Positions 1 to 7,116 of a DNA stretch of 15,805 nucleotides are shown here, one piece after another (position 1 is the stretch's first letter; each line of letters starts with the position of its first letter). The position numbers were made by a program, and so were the translations under genes. The notes below the pieces were generated by a model that saw only the letters and a list, made by a program, of their open reading frames with translations, was not told the origin of the DNA and ran no database searches. Source of the stretch: Candidatus Hermodarchaeota archaeon (GTDB lineage Archaea > Asgardarchaeota > Thorarchaeia > Thorarchaeales > Thorarchaeaceae); contig JBHLLF010000052.1 in the NCBI GenBank assembly GCA_048885865.1, forward strand, positions 1-15,805. The letters run 5' to 3'.

Positions 1-654
1 GGTGTGAACATCCTACTATTCCCTGAAATGACCATCGACCTCAATTACAACGAATTACTAGAAGACATAATCCGCCTAGCTAAGGAATACCGTATGTACA
101 TTATCCCCGGATCATATCATGACGATGATACAAAACAGAACCTCAGTACGGTTGTAGGACCGGAGGGAATCCTTTGGAAACAGGAGAAGCACATTCCAGC
201 TACTATTCACTATAAAGGTGAAAGGTTCACTGAGGAAATAGGACCTGGAACACTCCCGAGGAGAACGTTCGTTTGCGACACAGAGTTTGGAAGGATTGCA
301 ATTGTTATATGTCGAGACTTTCTGGACATGGACCTGAGGGTGGAGCTAAAGAACTTTGAACCTCCAGTGGATCTAGTGTTCAATCCAGCGTTCACCCCGG
401 TTACAGCAGACTTCAAGGCAGCCCACTTTGATGCTCGAAGATCCATCTACGCCTATTGTTTCTTTGCAAATATTGCTGAGTTCGGAGATTCGCTCATTTA
501 CACTCCTGAAAAGGAACGTGTCGAAAGAAGTATACCACCGAGGGAGGAAGGTCTAATCTACAAGGATGTACAGCTTTTCCAACTTCGTTCAGAACGCAAA
601 AAGTGGGAGAAACAGCAGGAGAAACAAAGGTCGTTTATACAAAGTACAAGATGA
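1..654 (+). CDS. Carbon-nitrogen hydrolase (nitrilase superfamily) domain protein, probably 5'-truncated by the window edge
   Basis: The frame is open from base 1 (GGT GTG AAC...). Glu-Lys-Cys triad contexts are present: ILLFPE, QEKH and GRIAIVICRD. The later VFNPA and FFANIA...GDS segments are typical of the fold. Confidence 0.85.
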   Translation, partial: GVNILLFPEMTIDLNYNELLEDIIRLAKEYRMYIIPGSYHDDDTKQNLSTVVGPEGILWKQEKHIPATIHYKGERFTEEIGPGTLPRRTFVCDTEFGRIAIVICRDFLDMDLRVELKNFEPPVDLVFNPAFTPVTADFKAAHFDARRSIYAYCFFANIAEFGDSLIYTPEKERVERSIPPREEGLIYKDVQLFQLRSERKKWEKQQEKQRSFIQSTR

Positions 655-742
655 AGTGCCCCATTTGAAATCGTGAGAAGCTACTTTCCTATTGCTAGGA
701 ATCTTCTTAGCCTAGACAGTATTGCTCAGTGCAGGTTGTTAT

Positions 743-1876
743 ATGACTGACAGAAGCAGACTAGTATCATTAGCACAAGATCTAGTCACTATCAACTCTG
801 AAAATCCTCCTGGGGGTGAAGCAGAAGTTGCCAGTATTCTTCAAACCCATATGGAAGACCACGGCATCTCCTGTGCTTCCATCGGGCCTAGAGCGCGGCC
901 CAATCTACTGTTCTCAACTATAGAGGATGAAATCGGTCCTCTCGTGATTCATGGGCATATGGATACGGTTCCAGTTGGTCCCAGAAACTCCTGGACGCAT
1001 GACCCATTTGGAGGGGAGATAGTTGATGGTCTGCTCTTCGGAAGGGGTGCTGCAGATATGAAGGGGCCAGTGGCAGCCCTTGCTGAAACAATGATCCAAT
1101 ACAGTAACGAAAGGCACTCAATTCCTCTACTCATGCTTGCCACATCAGGTGAAGAGAGCGGCTTCACAGGTGCTGAAGAAGTCGCAAAGAATGGCCGCTT
1201 GAATGGAGTTCAATATGGCGTTTGCGCGGAACCAACTTCGCTCAATGTTTTAGTGGGAGAAAAGGGGATTTTTTGGTCAAGAGTTATCTCAGAAGGAAAG
1301 GCGGCCCATGGCTCACGACCGGAGGAAGGAATCAATGCTATTGAACTATGTATTCAAGCACTCGAGGTTCTTACAGGGAATGAGTATGACTATGAACCCG
1401 ATTTTCTTCTAGGAACTCAGACGATAGGCGTTGGCCTCATACAGGGGGGTGTCAAGGTGAATGTGGTCCCCGATACCTGTGAAGCGTTTCTAGATATGCG
1501 AATTGTCAAAGGTCAGACTCCTGAAAGTCTCCTCGATGATATGAACAGGCGACTCGTAGAGGCTGGTCTATCAGACCATGTGAGAGTAGAAACTGTCCAT
1601 GGAGCATCTGCAACTATCACGCCTATTGATTCAGAGATTGTTTCAGTCAGCATCGATGCAGTCAGACGTATCACTGGCATTGAGCCGAAACCAGCCGCAG
1701 CCACTTATGGAACAGACTGCTCTGTTCTTCAACCCAAAATTGGCATCATCAACGTGATATGCGGTCCTGGTTCAATTGAACAGGCCCATCAACCTGATGA
1801 ATTCATAGACATAGAGCAGCTGGTTCAGTCTGTTGGTGTCTATTTGGAAATTGCCCGACACTTTTCTAGGACATGA
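743..1876 (+). CDS. M20 family metallohydrolase (ArgE/DapE-like deacylase)
   Basis: Motifs HGHMDTVP, LFGRGAADMKG, GEESG, AEPT, GKAAHGSRPEEGINAI, GGVKVNVVPD and AHQPDEFI; the metal ligands appear intact. The ATG at 743 is preferred over the TTG at 722. Confidence 0.92.
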   Translation: MTDRSRLVSLAQDLVTINSENPPGGEAEVASILQTHMEDHGISCASIGPRARPNLLFSTIEDEIGPLVIHGHMDTVPVGPRNSWTHDPFGGEIVDGLLFGRGAADMKGPVAALAETMIQYSNERHSIPLLMLATSGEESGFTGAEEVAKNGRLNGVQYGVCAEPTSLNVLVGEKGIFWSRVISEGKAAHGSRPEEGINAIELCIQALEVLTGNEYDYEPDFLLGTQTIGVGLIQGGVKVNVVPDTCEAFLDMRIVKGQTPESLLDDMNRRLVEAGLSDHVRVETVHGASATITPIDSEIVSVSIDAVRRITGIEPKPAAATYGTDCSVLQPKIGIINVICGPGSIEQAHQPDEFIDIEQLVQSVGVYLEIARHFSRT

Positions 1877-1952
1877 TACTGGTCATCTTGCATAGGAGAA
1901 ACCTTAAAGTTGACCTTTGGCAGAGGAGCCCTTTAGAAGGCCATCCGCTTAG

Positions 1953-2495
1953 ATGGGGCGTCTATTCATGCAAATTGACGTGATTCTTGACCAATTGACG
2001 GAAATCGTTATGGATCCGATGTTCCAGTTGCTTGTGCTGTTCTTCATAATCATCGCTGTAGTGATATTCGCCTTAAGAAGAAGGAGCGGTCCTTCTAGGT
2101 CTCCTGTTATAGGGAAAATACAGAAGATGATTGGGGATGTAGAAAGGGAACGCGCTATCAAGGTGCCTGAGGTTAAATCACGGAGCACTATAGTCACAGA
2201 GATTTTTGAGAGCGAGATGAAATCAGTGGGACTTCAACCCTCCACTGAATCAGGGTATATCCCTGTTTCATACACTCCACTTGCCCGCTTTCTAGCTGAA
2301 CGTGGTATTGCAAACGATATTGCATCCGCGATTTCTGCTGGACTCAAGGAAGAGGAAACCGAAGAGGACGTTCGGAATATAATAGACGCCGCTGCAGGCA
2401 CTCCTGACATCGATCTTACTCCTGAAGAAATCAAGAAAGCACAGGATCTTGCTGTGGAAGAATGGAATCGAGTCAGGAAGTCAAGTGGGACTTGA
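1953..2495 (+). CDS. Hypothetical single-pass membrane protein with a helical soluble domain
   Basis: 180-aa ORF. Hydrophobic stretch FQLLVLFFIIIAVVIFAL is followed by RRR (positive-inside pattern). The true start may be a downstream ATG (e.g. 1968). Ends 10 nt before alaX. Confidence 0.75.
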   Translation: MGRLFMQIDVILDQLTEIVMDPMFQLLVLFFIIIAVVIFALRRRSGPSRSPVIGKIQKMIGDVERERAIKVPEVKSRSTIVTEIFESEMKSVGLQPSTESGYIPVSYTPLARFLAERGIANDIASAISAGLKEEETEEDVRNIIDAAAGTPDIDLTPEEIKKAQDLAVEEWNRVRKSSGT

Positions 2496-2505
2496 GGCTG
2501 TTCCA

Positions 2506-3234
2506 ATGACTGATTTATTATACATGAGAGATAACTATCTGCGGGAATTCGATGCGGTTATCCAGAAGGTCGCAGAGGACTATCTTGTACTGGACCAGAC
2601 TGCGTTCTACTATCTAGGAGGAGGACAAAGCAGCGATCGTGGAAGTCTTTCTTCTGAAGGCACATCCCTGATGATACATGAAGTCAGGAGGGCTGAAGGG
2701 GAAATCCGTCATCACGCCAAGGACTCAATTCCGTTCGATGTTGGTACTAGGGTTCATGGTGAGCTAGATTGGGATTTTAGATACGAATGCATGCGCTTTC
2801 ATACTGCGCAGCATCTTCTGTCTCGATACCTACAACTGGAGTATGGTTTCACCACCGTCGGAAATATGATTAAACCCGGCCGTAGCAGAGCGGACTTCAC
2901 ACCTATGCATTCCTTTGATGATGCTATGAAGCGCGACGTAGAGGAGGGAGTTAATGCCCTTTTTGCGAAGGAAATGAATGTTGAAACCAAAATGATGCCT
3001 CGTGCTGAAGCAATCGCATTCCTCAATGAGCGTGGATATCAGACTCGCTATCTTGAAATGGTTCCAGAAAGCGTTACTGAATTTAGGGTTCTTATCATCG
3101 AAGATTATGACGCTGCCTCATGTGCGGGTACTCATATTGCAAATACTCGTGAGATAGGCACCATCAGAATTGGAAAAAGCAAGAATGTCGGTGCGGGAAA
3201 ACAGAGGATATATTTCTCCCTAGAACCTCCATGA
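2506..3234 (+). CDS. alaX: Alanyl-tRNA editing protein AlaX (AlaX-M type, trans-editing)
   Basis: N-terminus MTDLLYMRDNYLREFDA, LDQTAFY..GGGQ.SD.G motif, zinc ligands HTAQH and CAGTH, and C-terminal NTREIG.I.I...K..GAGKQRIYF. ATG at 2506 is preceded by GAGG. Confidence 0.93.
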   Translation: MTDLLYMRDNYLREFDAVIQKVAEDYLVLDQTAFYYLGGGQSSDRGSLSSEGTSLMIHEVRRAEGEIRHHAKDSIPFDVGTRVHGELDWDFRYECMRFHTAQHLLSRYLQLEYGFTTVGNMIKPGRSRADFTPMHSFDDAMKRDVEEGVNALFAKEMNVETKMMPRAEAIAFLNERGYQTRYLEMVPESVTEFRVLIIEDYDAASCAGTHIANTREIGTIRIGKSKNVGAGKQRIYFSLEPP

Positions 3235-3295
3235 GCAAAGCTACCAACCAACAGTTTTATGCAAAGTTGCATCACCAAAGGATGTGGTTGTATCC

Positions 3296-4573
3296 ATGAA
3301 AGCACTCGTTCTGACAGCTGGCCAAGGGCTCAGACTGCGGCCTCTCACTTCGAGCAGGTCAAAGGCAATGCTCATGATAGCAGGAAGGCCCGTTCTACAA
3401 TACATCATTGACAGTTTGAAAGACAATAACATACGTGATATTGTTATTGTGGTAGGACATGGTCGTGAGGAGCTAATCGATCACTTCCAGATGGGCGGCG
3501 ATCAAGGAGTCAGAATTCGATATGTCATTCAGCACGAGCAAAAAGGTGTGGAACATGCAATTCTCCAGGCAAAAGATGAACTTGAAGGCGAAGAGGAATT
3601 TCTCCTTGTGAATGGAGACGTTCTAGTTGAATCTGAGATGGTTGAACGCACTCTTTCGAATCATAGATCCGCGAATTCCGACATCACCATGCTTGTGACA
3701 CTCGTTTCAAATCCTGAGCAATTTGGCACAGTGAAGATGGGAAAACACGGAGCTGTGGAGAAACTAGTTGAAAAGGGTGGACCCGATAGATATGTGAGCA
3801 ATTATGCAGTTGCTGGAGTTTCGGTCCTTAAAGCTGATGTGATACCACTTCTCGAGAAACATGAGACAATGGAATCTACTGTTGAGAAGCTGATTGAAAA
3901 GGGCAGGACTGTTAATGCAGTAGTCTGGGAAAAGGAGTGGGCGGAGTTCACATGGCCTTGGGATATTCTCAATGCCAACCGGATTGTAATGGATAGAGAA
4001 TTGAAAGGCAAGGGCAGTTTCATTGCAGAATCTGCTGAAATACACAAGAATGTGGTGTTGGAGGGGCCAGTCTTTATTGATGAAGGTAGCATCATTCGAC
4101 CCGGAGCGACAATCCGAGGTCCAGTATACATAGGCAAGAATGTCTATGTGGGCAATAATTCGCTTGTGCGGGATTATTCCAGTCTGTGTGAAGGGGTTCA
4201 TCTTGGATATGCTGTCGAAATGAGGAACTCAATGGTCTTTGATAATGTGATGGTTGGAAGACTCACCTTCGTAGCCGATTCAATTATTGGCAGAGACTCG
4301 TGCATCGAGGCAGGAGCTCAAATGTGGAATTGGCGACCTGGCGGCAAAGCAATCAAGCTGCAATTTGGTGATGAAGAGGTTGAAGTACCAATCAAAAAGC
4401 TTGGTGCAATCATTGGAGATAAAGTTGTCATAGGAGTCAATGCATCAGTTATGCCTGGCAAACGCATTGGGGACTCAAGCACAATTGCTCCAGGATGCGT
4501 CATTAATCAAGACATACCACCAGACAGTGATGTCACAGTGAAGCAGCAAATCACGATTTCGAAAAAGAAGTAA
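3296..4573 (+). CDS. GlmU-like sugar-phosphate nucleotidyltransferase plus left-handed beta-helix protein, with degenerate active-site motifs
   Basis: MKALVLTAGQGLRLRPLT..RSK nucleotidyltransferase signature, LVNGD, FGTV, LVEK, PWDILNAN, then hexapeptide repeats (GPVFIDEGSIIRPGATIRGPVYIGKNVYVG...KLGAIIGDKVVIGVNASVMPG). Confidence 0.85.
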   Translation: MKALVLTAGQGLRLRPLTSSRSKAMLMIAGRPVLQYIIDSLKDNNIRDIVIVVGHGREELIDHFQMGGDQGVRIRYVIQHEQKGVEHAILQAKDELEGEEEFLLVNGDVLVESEMVERTLSNHRSANSDITMLVTLVSNPEQFGTVKMGKHGAVEKLVEKGGPDRYVSNYAVAGVSVLKADVIPLLEKHETMESTVEKLIEKGRTVNAVVWEKEWAEFTWPWDILNANRIVMDRELKGKGSFIAESAEIHKNVVLEGPVFIDEGSIIRPGATIRGPVYIGKNVYVGNNSLVRDYSSLCEGVHLGYAVEMRNSMVFDNVMVGRLTFVADSIIGRDSCIEAGAQMWNWRPGGKAIKLQFGDEEVEVPIKKLGAIIGDKVVIGVNASVMPGKRIGDSSTIAPGCVINQDIPPDSDVTVKQQITISKKK

Positions 4574-4587
4574 GCGGCATCCTGCCA

Positions 4588-5262
4588 TCATTTTTCCCAT
4601 GGGACTTCTGCAATGACCTCGTCATCTGCATACACATAGAGAATGTCATCACGAAGGAGCAATTTCAAATCAGAGTTGGCTGGAATCTCTCCTACTCTAA
4701 TTGCTTTTCCTTCAATCATTAGGACTGAGTGCCCGGTACCATCATAAATCGAAGTATCGTGCATCAGCTTGATTAGCTCTCTCCTTTTTAATGGTAGAAT
4801 TCTAAAGTCCCCAAGGAGCTGTTCAAGTATTCTTTCTTCATGGGCGTTGAGTAAATCCCTAATGCTTTGAAAGCCTAGGTAGCGGTCCTTGCCCCTTTCA
4901 ACTACATGATCCTCATACTTGTTGACAAATGCTCGTTCCACTGCTAGGTAGTGACCTAGACCACGGCTGATGACATCTAAATCAGTCGCTTCTTCACACG
5001 AATCTTGTCCTTTTCCAGGATGGCTGATTTCATGAGCCAGTAATCCGATTATCGCAGGTTCAGGCCAATCTATAACATCTTGATGGCATGTGATGTTAAT
5101 TCCACCCACGTCGCTCCATCTCACTTGTCCGTAGGATTTCAAAGCACCTGCACGTACTTTGATTTTCCTGTTTGCTAGTTCTGGGTATGCATTTACTACA
5201 AGTCTGCGCACCAGGTTGCTAATGTCATTTGATTGTACTGGCACTGTAATCCCTTGATTCAA
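4588..5262 (-). CDS. Putative zincin-like metallopeptidase (HEXXH) with a beta-rich C-terminal extension
   Basis: IIGLLAHEISH motif followed by EEATD..VISRGLG (candidate third zinc ligand). The TTG start is uncertain. Confidence 0.65.
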   Translation of the reverse strand: MNQGITVPVQSNDISNLVRRLVVNAYPELANRKIKVRAGALKSYGQVRWSDVGGINITCHQDVIDWPEPAIIGLLAHEISHPGKGQDSCEEATDLDVISRGLGHYLAVERAFVNKYEDHVVERGKDRYLGFQSIRDLLNAHEERILEQLLGDFRILPLKRRELIKLMHDTSIYDGTGHSVLMIEGKAIRVGEIPANSDLKLLLRDDILYVYADDEVIAEVPWEK

Positions 5263-5306
5263 CTATCAGGAGCACGTATAGAGCTCTGAATAGAAGGAGC
5301 AATGAG

Positions 5307-5318
5307 CACCTTTAAAAG
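5307..5318 (+). promoter_or_regulatory. Putative archaeal TATA box for the eS25 gene
   Basis: CACCTTTAAAAG, with TTTAAA at 5311-5316, lies about 55-60 nt upstream of the inferred start in the divergent intergenic region. Confidence 0.45.
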
Positions 5319-5354
5319 TCGAACCCAAAACCTTCGCGTAACTCCTCAACAATT

Positions 5355-5369
5355 GAAAGGAGAGTAATT
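5355..5369 (+). promoter_or_regulatory. Shine-Dalgarno-like site for eS25
   Basis: GAAAGGAGAGTAATT sits immediately upstream of in-frame ATT (5367) and ATC (5373). Confidence 0.55.
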
Positions 5370-5372
5370 GCT

Positions 5373-6278
5373 ATCAGTCGGAAGAAATGGGGCAAGACAG
5401 CTGCAAAGACAGAAAGAGTCGTTAGAGATGCCATTCTAAAGCCAGACGTAGAGGCGAATATAGACGAGTATCTTGAGAAAGCGCGTTCTGTAACCCAGTA
5501 TGACCTTGCGAACCGATTTGGTGTTAGAATGAGTGTTGCGCGACAGATCCTCCGGCAGAAAGAATCAGATGGTGTTCTTATTCCATACATTCGAGAGGGC
5601 GGCCTTGAGGTCTACACTACACCTGCTGAATTGGAGAAGCGAGAGTCAGAAGCCCCAATAATGATTGCGGATGCACTTGAGGAAGTTGCTTCTTCTGTGC
5701 CGAAAGCTGCAGTCATCACCGAGGAAATGGATGCAGAACTAATAGCAGCATCAGCAGCAGGCAGTGTTGTAAAGCCCAGCAGGTTGGCGCGGCAGAGAAG
5801 AGAGGCCGGAGAGAAGAAGGAAGAGAAATCCAAAGCCAAACTTCCTGAAGTTATTGTTGAGCCACTAGTGGAGCCTGCTGAGGTTCCGCCTCAGCCCGCG
5901 CCTGAAACAACGCCGAAGCCAAAGGCTAAGCCAAAGAAGAAGGTCACGAAGAAGAAGGCTGAGGAAGAGGCTAAGCCAAAGAAGAAGGTCACAAAGAAGA
6001 AGGCTGAGGAAGAGGCTAAGCCAAAGAAGAAGGTCACAAAGAAGAAGGCTGAGGAAGAGGCTAAGCCAAAGAAGAAGGTCACAAAGAAGAAGGCTGAGGA
6101 AGAGGCTAAGCCGAAGAAGAAGGTCACAAAGAAGAAAGCCGAGGAGAAACCTAAGAAGTCCACCGCTAAAAAGACTGAGGCCAAATCCACAGCTAAGAAG
6201 ACTACTGCAAAGAAGACCACGAAAAAGGCGGAAGAAAAGCCTAAGGCGAAGAAGACAACGAAGAAATCAGACAAGTGA
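5373..6278 (+). CDS. rps25e: Ribosomal protein eS25 (S25e) with a long C-terminal acidic/Pro linker and Lys-rich repeat tail; non-canonical start (ATC 5373 or ATT 5367)
   Basis: The frame of ORF 5529..6278 stays open upstream to TAA at 5313-5315. It reads SRKKWGKTAAKTERVVRDAILKPDVEANIDEYLEKARSVTQYDLANRFGVRMSVARQILRQKESDGVLIPYIREGGLEVYT, matching the eS25 pattern (KKKWSK...ITP..VSERLKI..SLAR..L..L...G.I........IYT). Confidence 0.82.
   Translation: MSRKKWGKTAAKTERVVRDAILKPDVEANIDEYLEKARSVTQYDLANRFGVRMSVARQILRQKESDGVLIPYIREGGLEVYTTPAELEKRESEAPIMIADALEEVASSVPKAAVITEEMDAELIAASAAGSVVKPSRLARQRREAGEKKEEKSKAKLPEVIVEPLVEPAEVPPQPAPETTPKPKAKPKKKVTKKKAEEEAKPKKKVTKKKAEEEAKPKKKVTKKKAEEEAKPKKKVTKKKAEEEAKPKKKVTKKKAEEKPKKSTAKKTEAKSTAKKTTAKKTTKKAEEKPKAKKTTKKSDK
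5925..6146 (+). repeat. 45-bp in-frame tandem repeat, about 5 copies, encoding AKPKKKVTKKKAEEE
   Basis: Unit GCTAAGCCAAAGAAGAAGGTCACAAAGAAGAAGGCTGAGGAAGAG starts at 5925, 5970, 6015 and 6060, with a diverged, shortened fifth copy at 6105. There are no spacers. Confidence 0.97.
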
Positions 6279-6372
6279 GAGGCGTTCGTTACTCATTCAG
6301 ATGGCATAATAGTCAGTCCCACTTCAAACTCCTCAATTTGCGTGCTATTGACATACATGTGAATGTGAAATT

Positions 6373-6403
6373 AGAAAAAGAAGCTAGGGGCTGACCAAAG
6401 CCC
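6373..6403 (-). terminator. Putative terminator of the minus-strand gene 6436..6981
   Basis: Short stem GGGCT/AGCCC (6388-6392 / 6399-6403), followed on the minus strand by CTTCTTTTTCT, about 35-60 nt after the stop codon. Confidence 0.4.
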
Positions 6404-6435
6404 AAATGCAGACTATTAGCAGCCTCATGCCATAA

Positions 6436-6981
6436 CTACTTCAGACCCGCAATCTGACGATCAATCTCTTCTAGCTGGGAATCTAGCTCAGCTTCCTTGG
6501 ATTTGTAATCATCTTCTGGAATGTAGCCTCTCATGTAGTCAAATCGGAGATCTGTGAGTGACGCCTTTAATCGGTCCTTCTGCTGAAGCAGAAAATCTAG
6601 TTGGTCACTGCCCTCAGCAGCAACAGGTTCAGCAGCAGGTGCCGCAGCCGGTTCCGGAGCGGGGGCTGCCGCAGGAGTTGGCTCTGGCGTTGGCGTCGTT
6701 TCTGCTGATGGAGCGGGAGCTGGAGTGGGTTCAGCTACTGGTGCAGGTGCTGCTGGAGCAGCTGTCTTTACACTCTCCATTTCCTCCATGTTCTTTCTCA
6801 GAGTATCAATCTGATTTGCGATTTCTGTGAAGCTATCATTAATCGTTTTGTTAATTGCCGTCTTCATCTTGGCAAGGTTCTCTGCCAACTGATCGGCAAG
6901 CTTCTTAGTTTCTGCAACCTTCATAGCGTAGGTTTCAATTTCCTTCAGCTTTGTTGTTAATTCACCTATGTCAAAGGCCAT
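6436..6981 (-). CDS. Coiled-coil protein with a Pro/Ala/Glu-rich linker and a C-terminal helical hairpin (SHOCT / ESCRT-I steadiness-box / CdvA-like)
   Basis: Strong SD AGGTGA at 6993..6988 before ATG 6981. Heptad-rich N-terminal ~70 aa, an APAPAAEP-type linker, and C-terminal LTDLRFDYMRGYIPEDDYKSKEAEL. Confidence 0.75.
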   Translation of the reverse strand: MAFDIGELTTKLKEIETYAMKVAETKKLADQLAENLAKMKTAINKTINDSFTEIANQIDTLRKNMEEMESVKTAAPAAPAPVAEPTPAPAPSAETTPTPEPTPAAAPAPEPAAAPAAEPVAAEGSDQLDFLLQQKDRLKASLTDLRFDYMRGYIPEDDYKSKEAELDSQLEEIDRQIAGLK

Positions 6982-7116
6982 GAAATGTCACCTTAGTATA
7001 GCCTACTATATCGATAGTGCTAGTGCATGGTTCTTAACCTTTGCCGTGGTGGATATTCCATTTAAAGCCTAAATTCAGGCAGCTCCCCACCCATGATGGC
7101 AACTCCTGATACTTCT

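Noticed and set aside
2449-2505. Extended AlaX N-terminus from 2449
   Set aside because: It overlaps the previous gene. The typical AlaX start MT.LLY..D.Y begins at ATG 2506.
5312-5590. Minus-strand 92-aa ORF
   Set aside because: Antisense to the eS25 core, which is the recognisable protein on the plus strand.
5925-6146. Direct repeats considered as a CRISPR array
   Set aside because: Units are contiguous with no unique spacers, are a multiple of 3 (45 bp), and lie in frame within a coding region.
5891-6274. Minus-strand Phe-rich 'membrane protein' ORF (127 aa)
   Set aside because: Antisense shadow of the AAG/GAG-rich Lys/Glu repeat in the eS25 tail.
5529-6278. Stand-alone histone H1-like protein starting at ATG 5529
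   Set aside because: ATG 5529 lies in the middle of the eS25 winged-helix domain and the frame extends upstream; no H1 globular domain is evident.
6279-6435. Possible tRNA or structured ncRNA in the intergenic gaps (also 6982-7116 and 13028-13163)
   Set aside because: No cloverleaf, T-loop GTTCRA context or extended stems were seen; only a 5-bp hairpin, reported as a possible terminator.
6436-6610. Gas vesicle protein GvpG assignment for the C-terminal hairpin
   Set aside because: No other gvp genes are nearby and the overall architecture differs; the hairpin motif is shared by several families.
6558-6830. Plus-strand Gln-rich 90-aa ORF
   Set aside because: Antisense to the Pro/Ala linker of the minus-strand gene, which has a strong SD.
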